Made by a program: the position numbers and the translations under genes
DNA from: Gammaproteobacteria bacterium
Lineage (GTDB): Bacteria > Pseudomonadota > Gammaproteobacteria > Francisellales > CACEW01
DNA length: 64,000 bases
Direction: 5' to 3'
Assembly (NCBI GenBank): GCA_020050355.1
Contig: JAGVKT010000036.1
Coordinates: 130,669-194,668, forward strand
Notes under the pieces: model-generated
The model's database searches: none
Seen by the model: the letters and a program-made list of their open reading frames with translations, nothing else
Told to the model about the DNA's origin: nothing
Shown: in pieces, positions 49,852 to 58,193 of the stretch
How positions within the stretch are numbered: position 1 is the stretch's first letter
Layout of the letters: each line of letters starts with the position of its first letter

Positions 49852-50051
49852 CAGTAAAAATAGATGCTATAAAATATATTTTCATTTTACCACACTATTA
49901 AAAAAATTAATATACATGCACTCATTTTCACTAGTGTTTTGAGCTTGCATCTCCAATTAGAAAAGTTATAACATGAATCCAATTTCAATCTTGATGTTAA
50001 GTATATATTCATCATATTTGAAGTATGATAGGTATAGTAAAGGAGTTTGTT

Positions 50052-50363
50052 ATGAAAAAAATTTTGTCTCTTTTGGTAGTGGGGATATATTTAGGAACCG
50101 CAGCTTGCAGCACAACGACCACAAGCAATGGTACTTCAGCATATATAAATAATAGCGCACTGACTGCTAAAGTAAAAACAGCGCTTTTTAATGCACATGG
50201 CTTATCTTCAAGACATATTTCTGTGAACAGCAATAATGGTGCTGTTGCGCTTAGTGGCTCTGTGCCATCTTATGCACAGTCTAGTTTAGCACAACAAACA
50301 GCGGCTAAGGTCAATGGGGTGAGTAGCGTTGAGAATAATCTAGTAATTGATCCTGATTATTAA
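50052..50363 (+). CDS. BON-domain lipoprotein (OsmY-like)
   Basis: Start at ATG 50052 (RBS AAAGGAG). Lipobox LGTAAC. BON pattern: LTAKVKTALFNAHGLSSRHISVNSNNGAVALSGSVPS ... VSSVENNLVI. Confidence 0.8.
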   Translation: MKKILSLLVVGIYLGTAACSTTTTSNGTSAYINNSALTAKVKTALFNAHGLSSRHISVNSNNGAVALSGSVPSYAQSSLAQQTAAKVNGVSSVENNLVIDPDY

Positions 50364-50365
50364 AT

Positions 50366-51028
50366 TTAAGTGCTTTTTCTAGTAACAATATTATGAGCAA
50401 TAACAGCGCTAGGATAAGCAATTATTAACGCAAATATAATTTTAAAAGACATAGAGACGCTCATCATTATAAGGATTTTGTTAAAAGGAACTTTACCTAC
50501 AAAAGTAAATAAATATACCAAAATAACATAGGCAATTTCTCCTGAAAGCGTTGAGATAATGCTTCGGATAATAAAAAAACGTCCATGATAGAGGTTTTTT
50601 AATTTGTTCATTAAATTGATATTTAAAATAGCGCCGATGATTAGGGCAAAAACATTGCTTACAAAAATACGCGGAAGTTCAGCTAAAATTATTTTGTAGC
50701 TATTTGCAGTTAATATTATATCTGAGGGCGAAGGAAGATGACTCATAAGTGCCAAACCGCCATCAGAAAAAAATTCTGCTCCGAGCGCTACAAAAATGAG
50801 TCGCAGCGCTACGTGCCGACCATAAGCTTCAGTGACGATATCACTGATGGCATAAGTCAGTGGAAAAACAAATAAAGAAGCGGAGGCTACTAAGCCAGAA
50901 AAATTTATTAATTTGTAAGTAACAATATCAGCCATAATAATGGCGGTAACATAAAATATTCCTAAGTAGAGTAATGGCAAATAAAAATAAATGGGATCTT
51001 CTTTTAAGGTAAAAGGTTTTTCTACCAT
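50366..51028 (-). CDS. yhhQ: Queuosine-precursor transporter (YhhQ/VUT, DUF165 family)
   Basis: 220 aa from ATG 51028. FPLTYAISDIVTEAYGRHVA matches the VUT-family signature (FP..f...D...E.YG). Confidence 0.78.
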   Translation of the reverse strand: MVEKPFTLKEDPIYFYLPLLYLGIFYVTAIIMADIVTYKLINFSGLVASASLFVFPLTYAISDIVTEAYGRHVALRLIFVALGAEFFSDGGLALMSHLPSPSDIILTANSYKIILAELPRIFVSNVFALIIGAILNINLMNKLKNLYHGRFFIIRSIISTLSGEIAYVILVYLFTFVGKVPFNKILIMMSVSMSFKIIFALIIAYPSAVIAHNIVTRKST

Positions 51029-51032
51029 TGAA

Positions 51033-51431
51033 TTATTCCAGCATGATACAAACTGCATTGAAAGCATTTAAAGCATAGGCAATAGCTCTTGGAGGAATTT
51101 GCTCAGGTTCAATGCCAGGGCCTAAGATAGCTGTGCCGATGGGCTTCATAAATTCTAGTTGTAAATTAATGATGGCCTGAATTACTGCTTGTCCCATAAC
51201 TAAGCCATGTTGAGTTTCGCCTTTTTCGATAATGCCCAAAACCACTACAGCATCGATTTCTTTTTGGAGTAAAAGTCGTTTGATTGCCAAGGGCTTTTCC
51301 ATCGACCCAGGGACTGGAACTTCTGTGGCAATTTTTATTTTTTTTGTGAGCGCAGCAGCACGAACAGCTTCAAGCATTTGCAAAGCATAGTCTTGATGGT
51401 ACGTGCCGTAAATGATTGCAATATTTTTCAT
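51033..51431 (-). CDS. Lumazine-synthase (DMRL synthase) family protein, short and divergent
   Basis: 132 aa. It aligns by eye to E. coli lumazine synthase: VPVPGSMEKPLAIKRLL..EIDAVVVLGIIEKGETQHG vs VWVPGAYELPLAAGALA..KYDAVVALGTVIRGGTAHF. The N-terminal RFN segment is not conserved. Confidence 0.55.
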   Translation of the reverse strand: MKNIAIIYGTYHQDYALQMLEAVRAAALTKKIKIATEVPVPGSMEKPLAIKRLLLQKEIDAVVVLGIIEKGETQHGLVMGQAVIQAIINLQLEFMKPIGTAILGPGIEPEQIPPRAIAYALNAFNAVCIMLE

Positions 51432-51770
51432 CGAATGGGCTTTAAGTTTATTTAAAATAAATAGATGATAGCAGAATTTTTAATTTGACCAAAGCTTTAG
51501 GCTAGAATTTACAGGAATTACTTTTACCCCGGCAACTAGTGCTGACAAGGCTGATTTGAAACTGCTGAGAGATGAAAATAGTAGCATAAATCTGGATTTT
51601 TAAATTATGATCCGGTGTTTAACTTAAAAAAACCAGATTTATCTACTTGCTTCAGAGAGAGACGTCTTATTTTTTTCTAACTCCACAATAACACGAAGGG
51701 TAGTGTTTGCTAATTTTTTTTGCAAAGATATTTGCAGAATCAACAAGTTAACTTATAAATCACTTTATTA

Positions 51771-51798
51771 ACTTCGTATAATATATATTATGTTAAAT
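51771..51798 (+). other. dif: Candidate dif site (XerC/XerD chromosome dimer resolution site)
   Basis: ACTTCGTATAA-TATATA-TTATGTTAAAT compared with E. coli dif GGTGCGCATAA-TGTATA-TTATGTTAAAT. XerD arm 11/11, spacer 5/6, XerC arm 7/11. It lies in the largest non-coding gap of the window. Confidence 0.7.
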
Positions 51799-52221
51799 TA
51801 TTATGGATATTTTGCCCTTTTTCTTGTATCCACCCCGCTTATTTTGCATTAACAAACATTAAAGATTTATTGCTTCGTATAATAAAATTTTTTTTCTGCG
51901 GTTATTAATTTTCGATAAATACCAATAAAATCAACATGTTATGTAAGTTACTAAAATATAAGAGTAGCACCCTACTTTTTGAATTAATGTCGTTTATTAT
52001 TTCTCATTTTGACTTAAGCTAGAGTGACTATTATGATGGAACAGATCTAATTAAAAGATCATGCTTTTAGAATAATAAGAAAAAATTAAAAAGCATAAAA
52101 ACAACAAAAATATGAAAACGTGAGGACTCTCTTTTGTAAAGTAGTGAAGTAAAATATAAAGAGCTTGTTTTGTTAAAAAAACAAAAAAATATCGTGCAAA
52201 ACAAACTCTCTTAAATAAACT

Positions 52222-52263
52222 AAAAATCTCTTTGTTGGTAGTTTTAACAAAGAGATTTTTTTT
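52222..52263. terminator. Bidirectional rho-independent terminator 3' of pyrD
   Basis: AAAAATCTCTTTGTT (52222-52236), 9 nt loop, AACAAAGAGATTTTT (52246-52260). This is a perfect 15 bp stem with T-runs on both strands. Confidence 0.75.
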
Positions 52264-52275
52264 AAGCAAAAAAAA

Positions 52276-53307
52276 TTAGCTGGCGTTTGGTAAACGATTA
52301 AGGCATCGCCTGATAAGATCAGGACCTTGATAAATTAATCCCGTATATAATTGAACTAATTGGGCTCCTGCAGCAAATTTTTGTAACATTACCTCTGGAC
52401 TCATTACTCCTCCTGATGCGATGAGTGGAATTTGTCCTTTTAATTCTTTAGAAAATAATTGTAAAACTTCGGTGCTGCGATAACGTAAGGGATAGCCGCT
52501 TAAGCCCCCCACTTCTTGGCTTTGTTTATAAGCCGCAATTTCTGTGCGTGCGGTAGTGGTATTAGTTGCGATGATGCCATCGACCTTTAAGCGGAAAAAA
52601 GTATCTGCTAATGTTATGATTTCGCTTTCTGTTAAATCAGGTGCTATTTTTACGACTAAAGGTACTTTTTTTTGGCATGCTTGTATTAATTTATTTTGCT
52701 CTTGTTTTAGAGTTTTTAAGAGTTGTTCCAAAAACTCTCCATGTTGTAAATTTCTTAAGCCTAAAGTGTTGGGTGATGAAATATTAATTACAATATAATC
52801 AGCATGGGCATAAGCTTTTTTAAAGCAAAGTAAATAATCGTTTGTAGCATCTTCAAGTGGTGTTGATGCGTTTTTGCCGATGTTAATGCCTAAGATACCT
52901 CTATATTTTGAGAGCTTTACTCGCTCAAGCAGATAATCAATGCCTTTATTATTAAATCCCATGCGATTAATTAAGGCTTCTGCAGCTGGAATTCTAAATA
53001 AGCGTGGTTTAGGATTTCCGTTTTGTGGCAAGGGTGTGGTTGTGCCGACTTCAATAAAGCCAAATCCCAGGGATGCTAAGGCATCAATATAATCCCCATT
53101 TTTATCTAAGCCTGCTGCTAAACCTATAGGATTTTTAAATTTTAATCCCATGTATTTGCATTCCAACCCTGTTATATTGCGCACTTTTTTGTAAAAAAAC
53201 TGCCCTACCCCAAAATTATGCAAAGCCTTTAAGGAAGCCAGGGCTAAACGGTGTGAAACTTCGGGATCAAGTCTGAAAGCTAAGGATTTAAATAAAGTAT
53301 AATTCAT
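52276..53307 (-). CDS. pyrD: Dihydroorotate dehydrogenase (quinone), class 2
   Basis: 343 aa. Contains FKNPIGLAAGLDKNG, GFIEVGTTTP, NISSPNT and GGLSG. Confidence 0.93.
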   Translation of the reverse strand: MNYTLFKSLAFRLDPEVSHRLALASLKALHNFGVGQFFYKKVRNITGLECKYMGLKFKNPIGLAAGLDKNGDYIDALASLGFGFIEVGTTTPLPQNGNPKPRLFRIPAAEALINRMGFNNKGIDYLLERVKLSKYRGILGINIGKNASTPLEDATNDYLLCFKKAYAHADYIVINISSPNTLGLRNLQHGEFLEQLLKTLKQEQNKLIQACQKKVPLVVKIAPDLTESEIITLADTFFRLKVDGIIATNTTTARTEIAAYKQSQEVGGLSGYPLRYRSTEVLQLFSKELKGQIPLIASGGVMSPEVMLQKFAAGAQLVQLYTGLIYQGPDLIRRCLNRLPNAS

Positions 53308-53433
53308 CGTTAACCTTATAATTTAATTTTAATTGATAAAAATATTTTTTGATAATATTATGTGCTGGTTTTATTAATTACATATATCTTTTTTGAGTAT
53401 ATGGATTTTATTAACAATGTAAGGAAACATTAA

Positions 53434-54054
53434 ATGAAAAAGATCATAATTGCAACCACACTTGCTATAGGCTGCGCTTCAGCTTTTGCTGTCACCGCTC
53501 AATCAGGTATATATGTAGGTGGTTTAGGCGGTTGGTCATTTGCTGATAGCCCAACAACTGGACAAATGGTAGCAACCAGCAAAGATAACCATAACTATAC
53601 TTTAGGTGGTACAGTTGGTTACAACTATGCTATTAATCAAAACTGGTTAACAGGTTTTGAAGTAAGCTATTTGAATTTTGGAGAAACCAAATATAACGCA
53701 TCTTATGGTAACACCAATTTAAAAAATTACGGTGTTCAATTAATGGCTACTGGCACTTATCTCATGGCTAACGGCTTTAACGTTTTTGCTAAAGCTGGTG
53801 CTATAGATCAAACCATGACTTCTAGCAATAATATGTATGCGCTCAATAGCAACAATGGTAATACCAAAATTACTAAATGGTTGCCTGCAGCTGCGGCTGG
53901 TGTTGGTTATATGCCAACTCAAAACCTCAATATTGCATTACAATATGAGCGTACTTTTGGTACCAATTGGGATAACAATAATTTAAGTGCTACCCCAAAA
54001 CCAATGACCCAAAATGCAGTAACTTTAGGCGTTACTTATACTTTCCCATTGTAA
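53434..54054 (+). CDS. Outer-membrane beta-barrel protein (OMP_b-brl/opacity-like), paralogue 1
   Basis: 206 aa. Signal peptide MKKIIIATTLAIGCASAFA, alternating amphipathic strands, and the C-terminal VTLGVTYTFPL. Confidence 0.8.
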   Translation: MKKIIIATTLAIGCASAFAVTAQSGIYVGGLGGWSFADSPTTGQMVATSKDNHNYTLGGTVGYNYAINQNWLTGFEVSYLNFGETKYNASYGNTNLKNYGVQLMATGTYLMANGFNVFAKAGAIDQTMTSSNNMYALNSNNGNTKITKWLPAAAAGVGYMPTQNLNIALQYERTFGTNWDNNNLSATPKPMTQNAVTLGVTYTFPL

Positions 54055-54080
54055 ATTTTGCGAAAGTTATAAAGTCTATA

Positions 54081-54107
54081 AAAAACCCAGGTCTCCTGGG
54101 TTTTTTT
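54081..54107 (+). terminator. Rho-independent terminator
   Basis: AAAAACCCAGG-TCT-CCTGGGTTTTTTT. Confidence 0.8.
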
Positions 54108-54289
54108 ATGCCCTAATGCTTAGTGTGTAAGCAAATCTGGCTTTAAGAAAACATTAAATTACCTAAAATTCCTTTTATATTGAAAATTTTTCAATATTGT
54201 TTGCAAACCTTTTGAATCGCTAAAGAATAGCTTTGAGAAAAGTGTTGTTAATATGCATTGAAGTTTAATAAAAAAAATTTCCCCGGTGC

Positions 54290-54318
54290 TTGCAATTGAT
54301 TTTTTTATCAGGTACTAT
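54290..54318 (+). promoter_or_regulatory. Candidate sigma70 promoter of the second OMP gene
   Basis: TTGCAA (54290-54295), 17 nt spacer, TACTAT (54313-54318). Confidence 0.4.
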
Positions 54319-54382
54319 GACCACGTTTCATCAATAAGTAAGCTAAAGTTTTAATGTCCTCAACTACATGGAGAAATAAGCA

Positions 54383-55021
54383 ATGAAAAAACTTCTAATC
54401 GCTAGTGCAATTACACTCGCATTATCTTCAACCTCTGCTTTTGCAGTAAGTCAACAATCAGGTGTATATGGCACCGTGTTAGGGGGCTGGTCATTTGCTT
54501 CAGCGCCAAATGCAACGAATGCAGGGTCAACGAGTACTTCTAATAAAAATTATACCTGGGGTGGTAATTTAGGATATCAATATGCTTTTAATCAAAATTG
54601 GGCGGCAGCGCTTGAAATAGGTTATGTAAGCTTTGGAAAAACTGAATATAACGGTACTAACTCTGGTAAAATTCAAAATACTGGCGCGCAAGCAATGCTA
54701 GTAGGCTCCTATATGATGAACAATGGTTTTAATGGTTTTGTAAAAGCAGGTGGTATGAATGCATACAGTAAAGCAAGTCCGTTTCCTGGTGGACCAAGCG
54801 TTGCTTTGAATAATGGAAACACACAGATAGCAAAATGGATTCCTGTTGTAGCTGCTGGTGTTGGTTATATGCCAATGCAAAATTTAAACGTAGCATTGCA
54901 ATATGAACACACTTTTGGTTCTAACTGGAATGTTGCTGGCTCAAACGACAACCTCAGCAAGCCAATGACCCAAAATGCAGTGACTTTAAACCTGACTTAT
55001 CTTATTCCTTTAAGTTTCTAA
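54383..55021 (+). CDS. Outer-membrane beta-barrel protein, paralogue 2
   Basis: 212 aa and collinear with the upstream paralogue (GGWSFA, NYT.GG..GY.YA.NQNW, AAGVGYMP.QNLN.ALQYE.TFG.NW, PMTQNAVTL). Confidence 0.8.
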   Translation: MKKLLIASAITLALSSTSAFAVSQQSGVYGTVLGGWSFASAPNATNAGSTSTSNKNYTWGGNLGYQYAFNQNWAAALEIGYVSFGKTEYNGTNSGKIQNTGAQAMLVGSYMMNNGFNGFVKAGGMNAYSKASPFPGGPSVALNNGNTQIAKWIPVVAAGVGYMPMQNLNVALQYEHTFGSNWNVAGSNDNLSKPMTQNAVTLNLTYLIPLSF

Positions 55022-55036
55022 TATAAGAAGGTTAAC

Positions 55037-55067
55037 AAAAAAACCCGGGCTTGCTCGGGTTTTTTTA
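55037..55067 (+). terminator. Rho-independent terminator
   Basis: AAAAAAACCCGGGC-TTG-CTCGGGTTTTTTT. Confidence 0.8.
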
Positions 55068-55165
55068 TACACCCATTCCACTTCAAAAGATAGTTATATG
55101 CTAATTAATTTGCTTATTATAGAGACTGAACTTATAATAATCAAAGGTTTCGCAAAGAAATTATT

Positions 55166-55426
55166 ATGCTCTCTGAAAATTTTACCAGTCAGCGCCTCCG
55201 TTGGGCATGTCGCCGTGGCATGTTAGAGCTAGATCTCTTATTAGAAGCTTACCTGCTTGAATGTTATGATCAGGCTTCTATTGCTGAAAAAAAGAATTTT
55301 ATCAAATTACTTGAGTGCAGTGATCAGGATTTATTTGATTGGTTTATGAAAAAAGATTTGCCAATTGAGCCTGAGATTGCAGATATGGTTGCTATTATTT
55401 TGCAGCATGCTCATGCAAAAATTTGA
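55166..55426 (+). CDS. sdhE: FAD assembly factor SdhE (YgfY/CptB family)
   Basis: 86 aa. RLRWACRRGMLELDLLL carries the conserved RGxxE motif. Confidence 0.9.
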   Translation: MLSENFTSQRLRWACRRGMLELDLLLEAYLLECYDQASIAEKKNFIKLLECSDQDLFDWFMKKDLPIEPEIADMVAIILQHAHAKI

Positions 55427-55823
55427 AATCTACTTACCTAAAAATTTAGTAAATTTTCAAATTATTATTTTCATTAGCGCCCTACTCGCTTTTTTATTGT
55501 GGAAGGCATCTATTTTTTATCGTGTTAGTGCAATTGCTTTATTTTCAGTAATCAGCGGGGTGTATTATTATTTTTATTTTAAAAGAAATTACTTAAAAAA
55601 ATATCCTTTTGTATTATTTCTTAAGCAAGGGAATTGGTATTTAAATAGTGAACAAGTAAGCGTTCAAAGGACCAGTATCTTAACAACGTATTATGCGCTA
55701 ATACATTTAAAAAATGTAACTAAAAGTTATTATTTTCTGGTTACGCCTTCTAGTTTTGGGAAGCAAGAGGAAAGTTATTATCAGCTTATTCGCCATTTAA
55801 GAATACATCAAGCGTCTTTTTAA
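55413..55823 (+). CDS. ygfX: YgfX/CptA-like inner-membrane protein (DUF1434)
   Basis: About 136 aa from ATG 55413 (or 55407). It has two N-terminal TM helices and then a soluble tail. It overlaps the sdhE stop, as in the E. coli sdhE-ygfX operon. The start choice is uncertain. Confidence 0.55.
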   Translation: MQKFEIYLPKNLVNFQIIIFISALLAFLLWKASIFYRVSAIALFSVISGVYYYFYFKRNYLKKYPFVLFLKQGNWYLNSEQVSVQRTSILTTYYALIHLKNVTKSYYFLVTPSSFGKQEESYYQLIRHLRIHQASF

Positions 55824-56712
55824 GGTTATAAGCTAAGTCTTTATCAAGAAGTAATTTTAATGGTTTACGCTTTCCTTCTAAATAAAGCCACCATTGATCT
55901 TTTTTTAATTCATCTTTTTTAATTCGATGATAACTACCATCGGTTAAACTATTTTTGGAAATGCCGTTTTTCTGCGCCCGAAAGCCTTGTAATAAGCCGC
56001 GGAAATTGCCCACAAAGTCTTGCTCTTGAAAAATTCTCAGTGCCTCAGCAGCGCGTTTAGGATGTTCTTGTTCTAATTGTCTCAGCTCATGAAGTGTACG
56101 TAAATCTGTAATTTTGCCGCTTTGTAATAGATCGCGGATGGCATCGCTTCCCTCAAGTAATCCCAAACGCATAGATACCCAGGCAGAATCACGTCCTAAT
56201 TCTTTAGCAATTTGTTTTTTGCTTAACCCCATTTCTTCAATTAAACGATCAATAGCATGGGCCTCTTCTAAAGGAGGAACTTGCTCTCGTTGATCATTTT
56301 CTAATAACTGCAAAATTAACGTATTTGCATCTTCTTCTTCACGAATGATGCAAGGTAATACGGTTAGGCCCGCAATTTTTGCAGCATGGTAGCGCCGCTC
56401 ACCTACGATGATTTGATAGGCGCCTTGCTTATTTCGAGGTTTGACGATGAGAGGTTGTAACACGCCCTTTTCTCGAATGCTGTCAGCAAGGTTTTCTAGG
56501 TTAATAAATTGTTTGCGCGGTTGTTGAGGGTCAGGATTTAATAAAACAAGCGGCAGGTCAAAAAGTTTACCGTTGGCAACTGCAACTTCATTCATGGCTT
56601 TGAGCCTTAAGCTCATCAGCTCATCTTTTTTTTCCAAGCCAATCTGTTCAACTTCTTGACTGAATTCACTGGTGCGACGGCGATTGTGTAGTAGTACTTT
56701 TTTTAAAGTCAT
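55786..56712 (-). CDS. parB: ParB/Spo0J-family partition protein
   Basis: 308 aa. Contains the ParB N-terminal box IVGERRYHAAKIAG and the HTH GLSKKQIAKELGRDSAWVSMRL. Confidence 0.85.
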   Translation of the reverse strand: MTLKKVLLHNRRRTSEFSQEVEQIGLEKKDELMSLRLKAMNEVAVANGKLFDLPLVLLNPDPQQPRKQFINLENLADSIREKGVLQPLIVKPRNKQGAYQIIVGERRYHAAKIAGLTVLPCIIREEEDANTLILQLLENDQREQVPPLEEAHAIDRLIEEMGLSKKQIAKELGRDSAWVSMRLGLLEGSDAIRDLLQSGKITDLRTLHELRQLEQEHPKRAAEALRIFQEQDFVGNFRGLLQGFRAQKNGISKNSLTDGSYHRIKKDELKKDQWWLYLEGKRKPLKLLLDKDLAYNLKKTLDVFLNGE

Positions 56713-56716
56713 ATTT

Positions 56717-57373
56717 TTAAGTAGAAGCTGTGCCTGCTTCTGCAGGAACTACATGAAAGAACTCGACCACCTCTTTAGCGAACTTACGTGTTTGTACGTG
56801 TGGTTCGCTTTCACCGGCGTAGTCTCCAATATACAGGCCAGCGGCCTCAGCCTCAACAAACTTTACACTTTGGGGAATACTTGTATCAAAAGCGTTGCCA
56901 TCTTCATAAAGTACATTGAGTAAACTTTTGGTCATACTGGTGTTTCGAATCACTCGGTTCGCAAGTAAGCGATAGGGGCGATTAGCTGTCATTGCCAGAT
57001 CTTTAGCTTCGAGTAATCCAGATAAATCCATGCCGCTAGGTGCCGCTGGAATAATAACTAAATCTGCTAAAAGAGCAGCTTTTAATGCGGCAGTTTGAAA
57101 ATTAGGCGGTGTATCAATAACCAAGAAATCACATTGTTTTTTGAGCTCCGCTACTTGCTCGCGAGCATTTTTTTCATCTACTTGATAAGCAATGTCATGA
57201 GATTTTTCGTTTTTAATAAACCAAGACCAAGCGTCCGGCTTGTCTTTGTCCATATCGGCAATAATTACTTTATAGCCTAATTCTTGTAGGGCTCCTGCAA
57301 GATTAACAGAGGTTGTAGTCTTGCCTGATCCGCCTTTTTGTTGAAGTAAAGCAATAGTTCTAGCGCTGCACAT
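56717..57373 (-). CDS. parA: ParA-family ATPase, small (218 aa) type-Ib-like
   Basis: Deviant Walker A: IALLQQKGGSGKTTTSVNLA. Walker B: FLVIDTPP. It lies 4 nt upstream of parB. Confidence 0.85.
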   Translation of the reverse strand: MCSARTIALLQQKGGSGKTTTSVNLAGALQELGYKVIIADMDKDKPDAWSWFIKNEKSHDIAYQVDEKNAREQVAELKKQCDFLVIDTPPNFQTAALKAALLADLVIIPAAPSGMDLSGLLEAKDLAMTANRPYRLLANRVIRNTSMTKSLLNVLYEDGNAFDTSIPQSVKFVEAEAAGLYIGDYAGESEPHVQTRKFAKEVVEFFHVVPAEAGTAST

Positions 57374-57459
57374 AGTTCTTACCTTCGGCTTTTAAAAAAT
57401 GAGATTTTTAGTTTGTTTATTGAAACATGCGGTACATTTATGGTCAAGATCGTCATCCC

Positions 57460-58191
57460 TTACAGCCTAAAGGATGTTCCAAGATAAACCTGTTTTACCT
57501 GTTCATTATTTAGAATGGCTTGTGCATTACCTTCCGCAATAATTTCTCCCGCGTTTACGATGTAGGCGCGATCACAAATGTCTAGGGTTTCGCGTACATT
57601 ATGATCAGTAATAACAATGCCAATTTTTTTTCTTTTTAAATGGTCTATAGTGCTCTTAATATCACTAACTGAAATTGGATCAATACCCGCAAAAGGCTCG
57701 TCTAACAATATAAATTTTGGAGCTGCTGCTAAAGAGCGTGCAATTTCAAGGCGTCGACGTTCTCCGCCTGATAAACTCATTCCTAAATTTTTACGAATGT
57801 GTTGTATGTGGAAATCATTTAGTAGAAATTCTAGTCGTTGATAGCGTTCATCTTCCGATAAATCTTGCAATTCTAAAATTGCCATGATGTTGTCTTCAGT
57901 TGATAATTTGCGGAATACAGAATTTTCCTGGGGTAAATAACCAATGCCTAAGCGTGCTCGACGATGCATAGGTAAATGAGTAAGATTTTCATGACCTAAA
58001 AAAATTTCTCCTCGGTTAGGAGAAATTAAACCTACCATCATATAAAAAGCAGTGGTTTTGCCTGCGCCATTAGGTCCTAATAAACCAACGACCTCTCCTG
58101 CGTTTACTTTAATAGAAACATCTTTCACCACCCACCGTGCTTTATAGCGTTTAGCAAGATGACGCGCTTCTAAAAAAGTTTCATTCTGCAT
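57460..58191 (-). CDS. lptB: LPS export ABC transporter ATPase
   Basis: 243 aa. Contains [25 protein letters not shown] and [11 protein letters not shown]. Confidence 0.95.
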   Translation of the reverse strand: MQNETFLEARHLAKRYKARWVVKDVSIKVNAGEVVGLLGPNGAGKTTAFYMMVGLISPNRGEIFLGHENLTHLPMHRRARLGIGYLPQENSVFRKLSTEDNIMAILELQDLSEDERYQRLEFLLNDFHIQHIRKNLGMSLSGGERRRLEIARSLAAAPKFILLDEPFAGIDPISVSDIKSTIDHLKRKKIGIVITDHNVRETLDICDRAYIVNAGEIIAEGNAQAILNNEQVKQVYLGTSFRL

Positions 58192-58193
58192 AT

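Noticed and set aside
51432-51620. FMN or preQ1 riboswitch upstream of the lumazine-synthase-like/yhhQ operon.
   Set aside because: CGGGGTAAAAGTAATTCC on the minus strand and GCTGACAAG ... ATCTGGAT on the plus strand each vaguely recall RFN blocks. They lie on opposite strands with the wrong spacing. No preQ1-I hairpin with an A-rich tail was seen.
52051-52269. 72-aa minus-strand ORF next to pyrD.
   Set aside because: Its translation is low-complexity K/F/L-rich. It runs through the pyrD terminator hairpin and has no start context.
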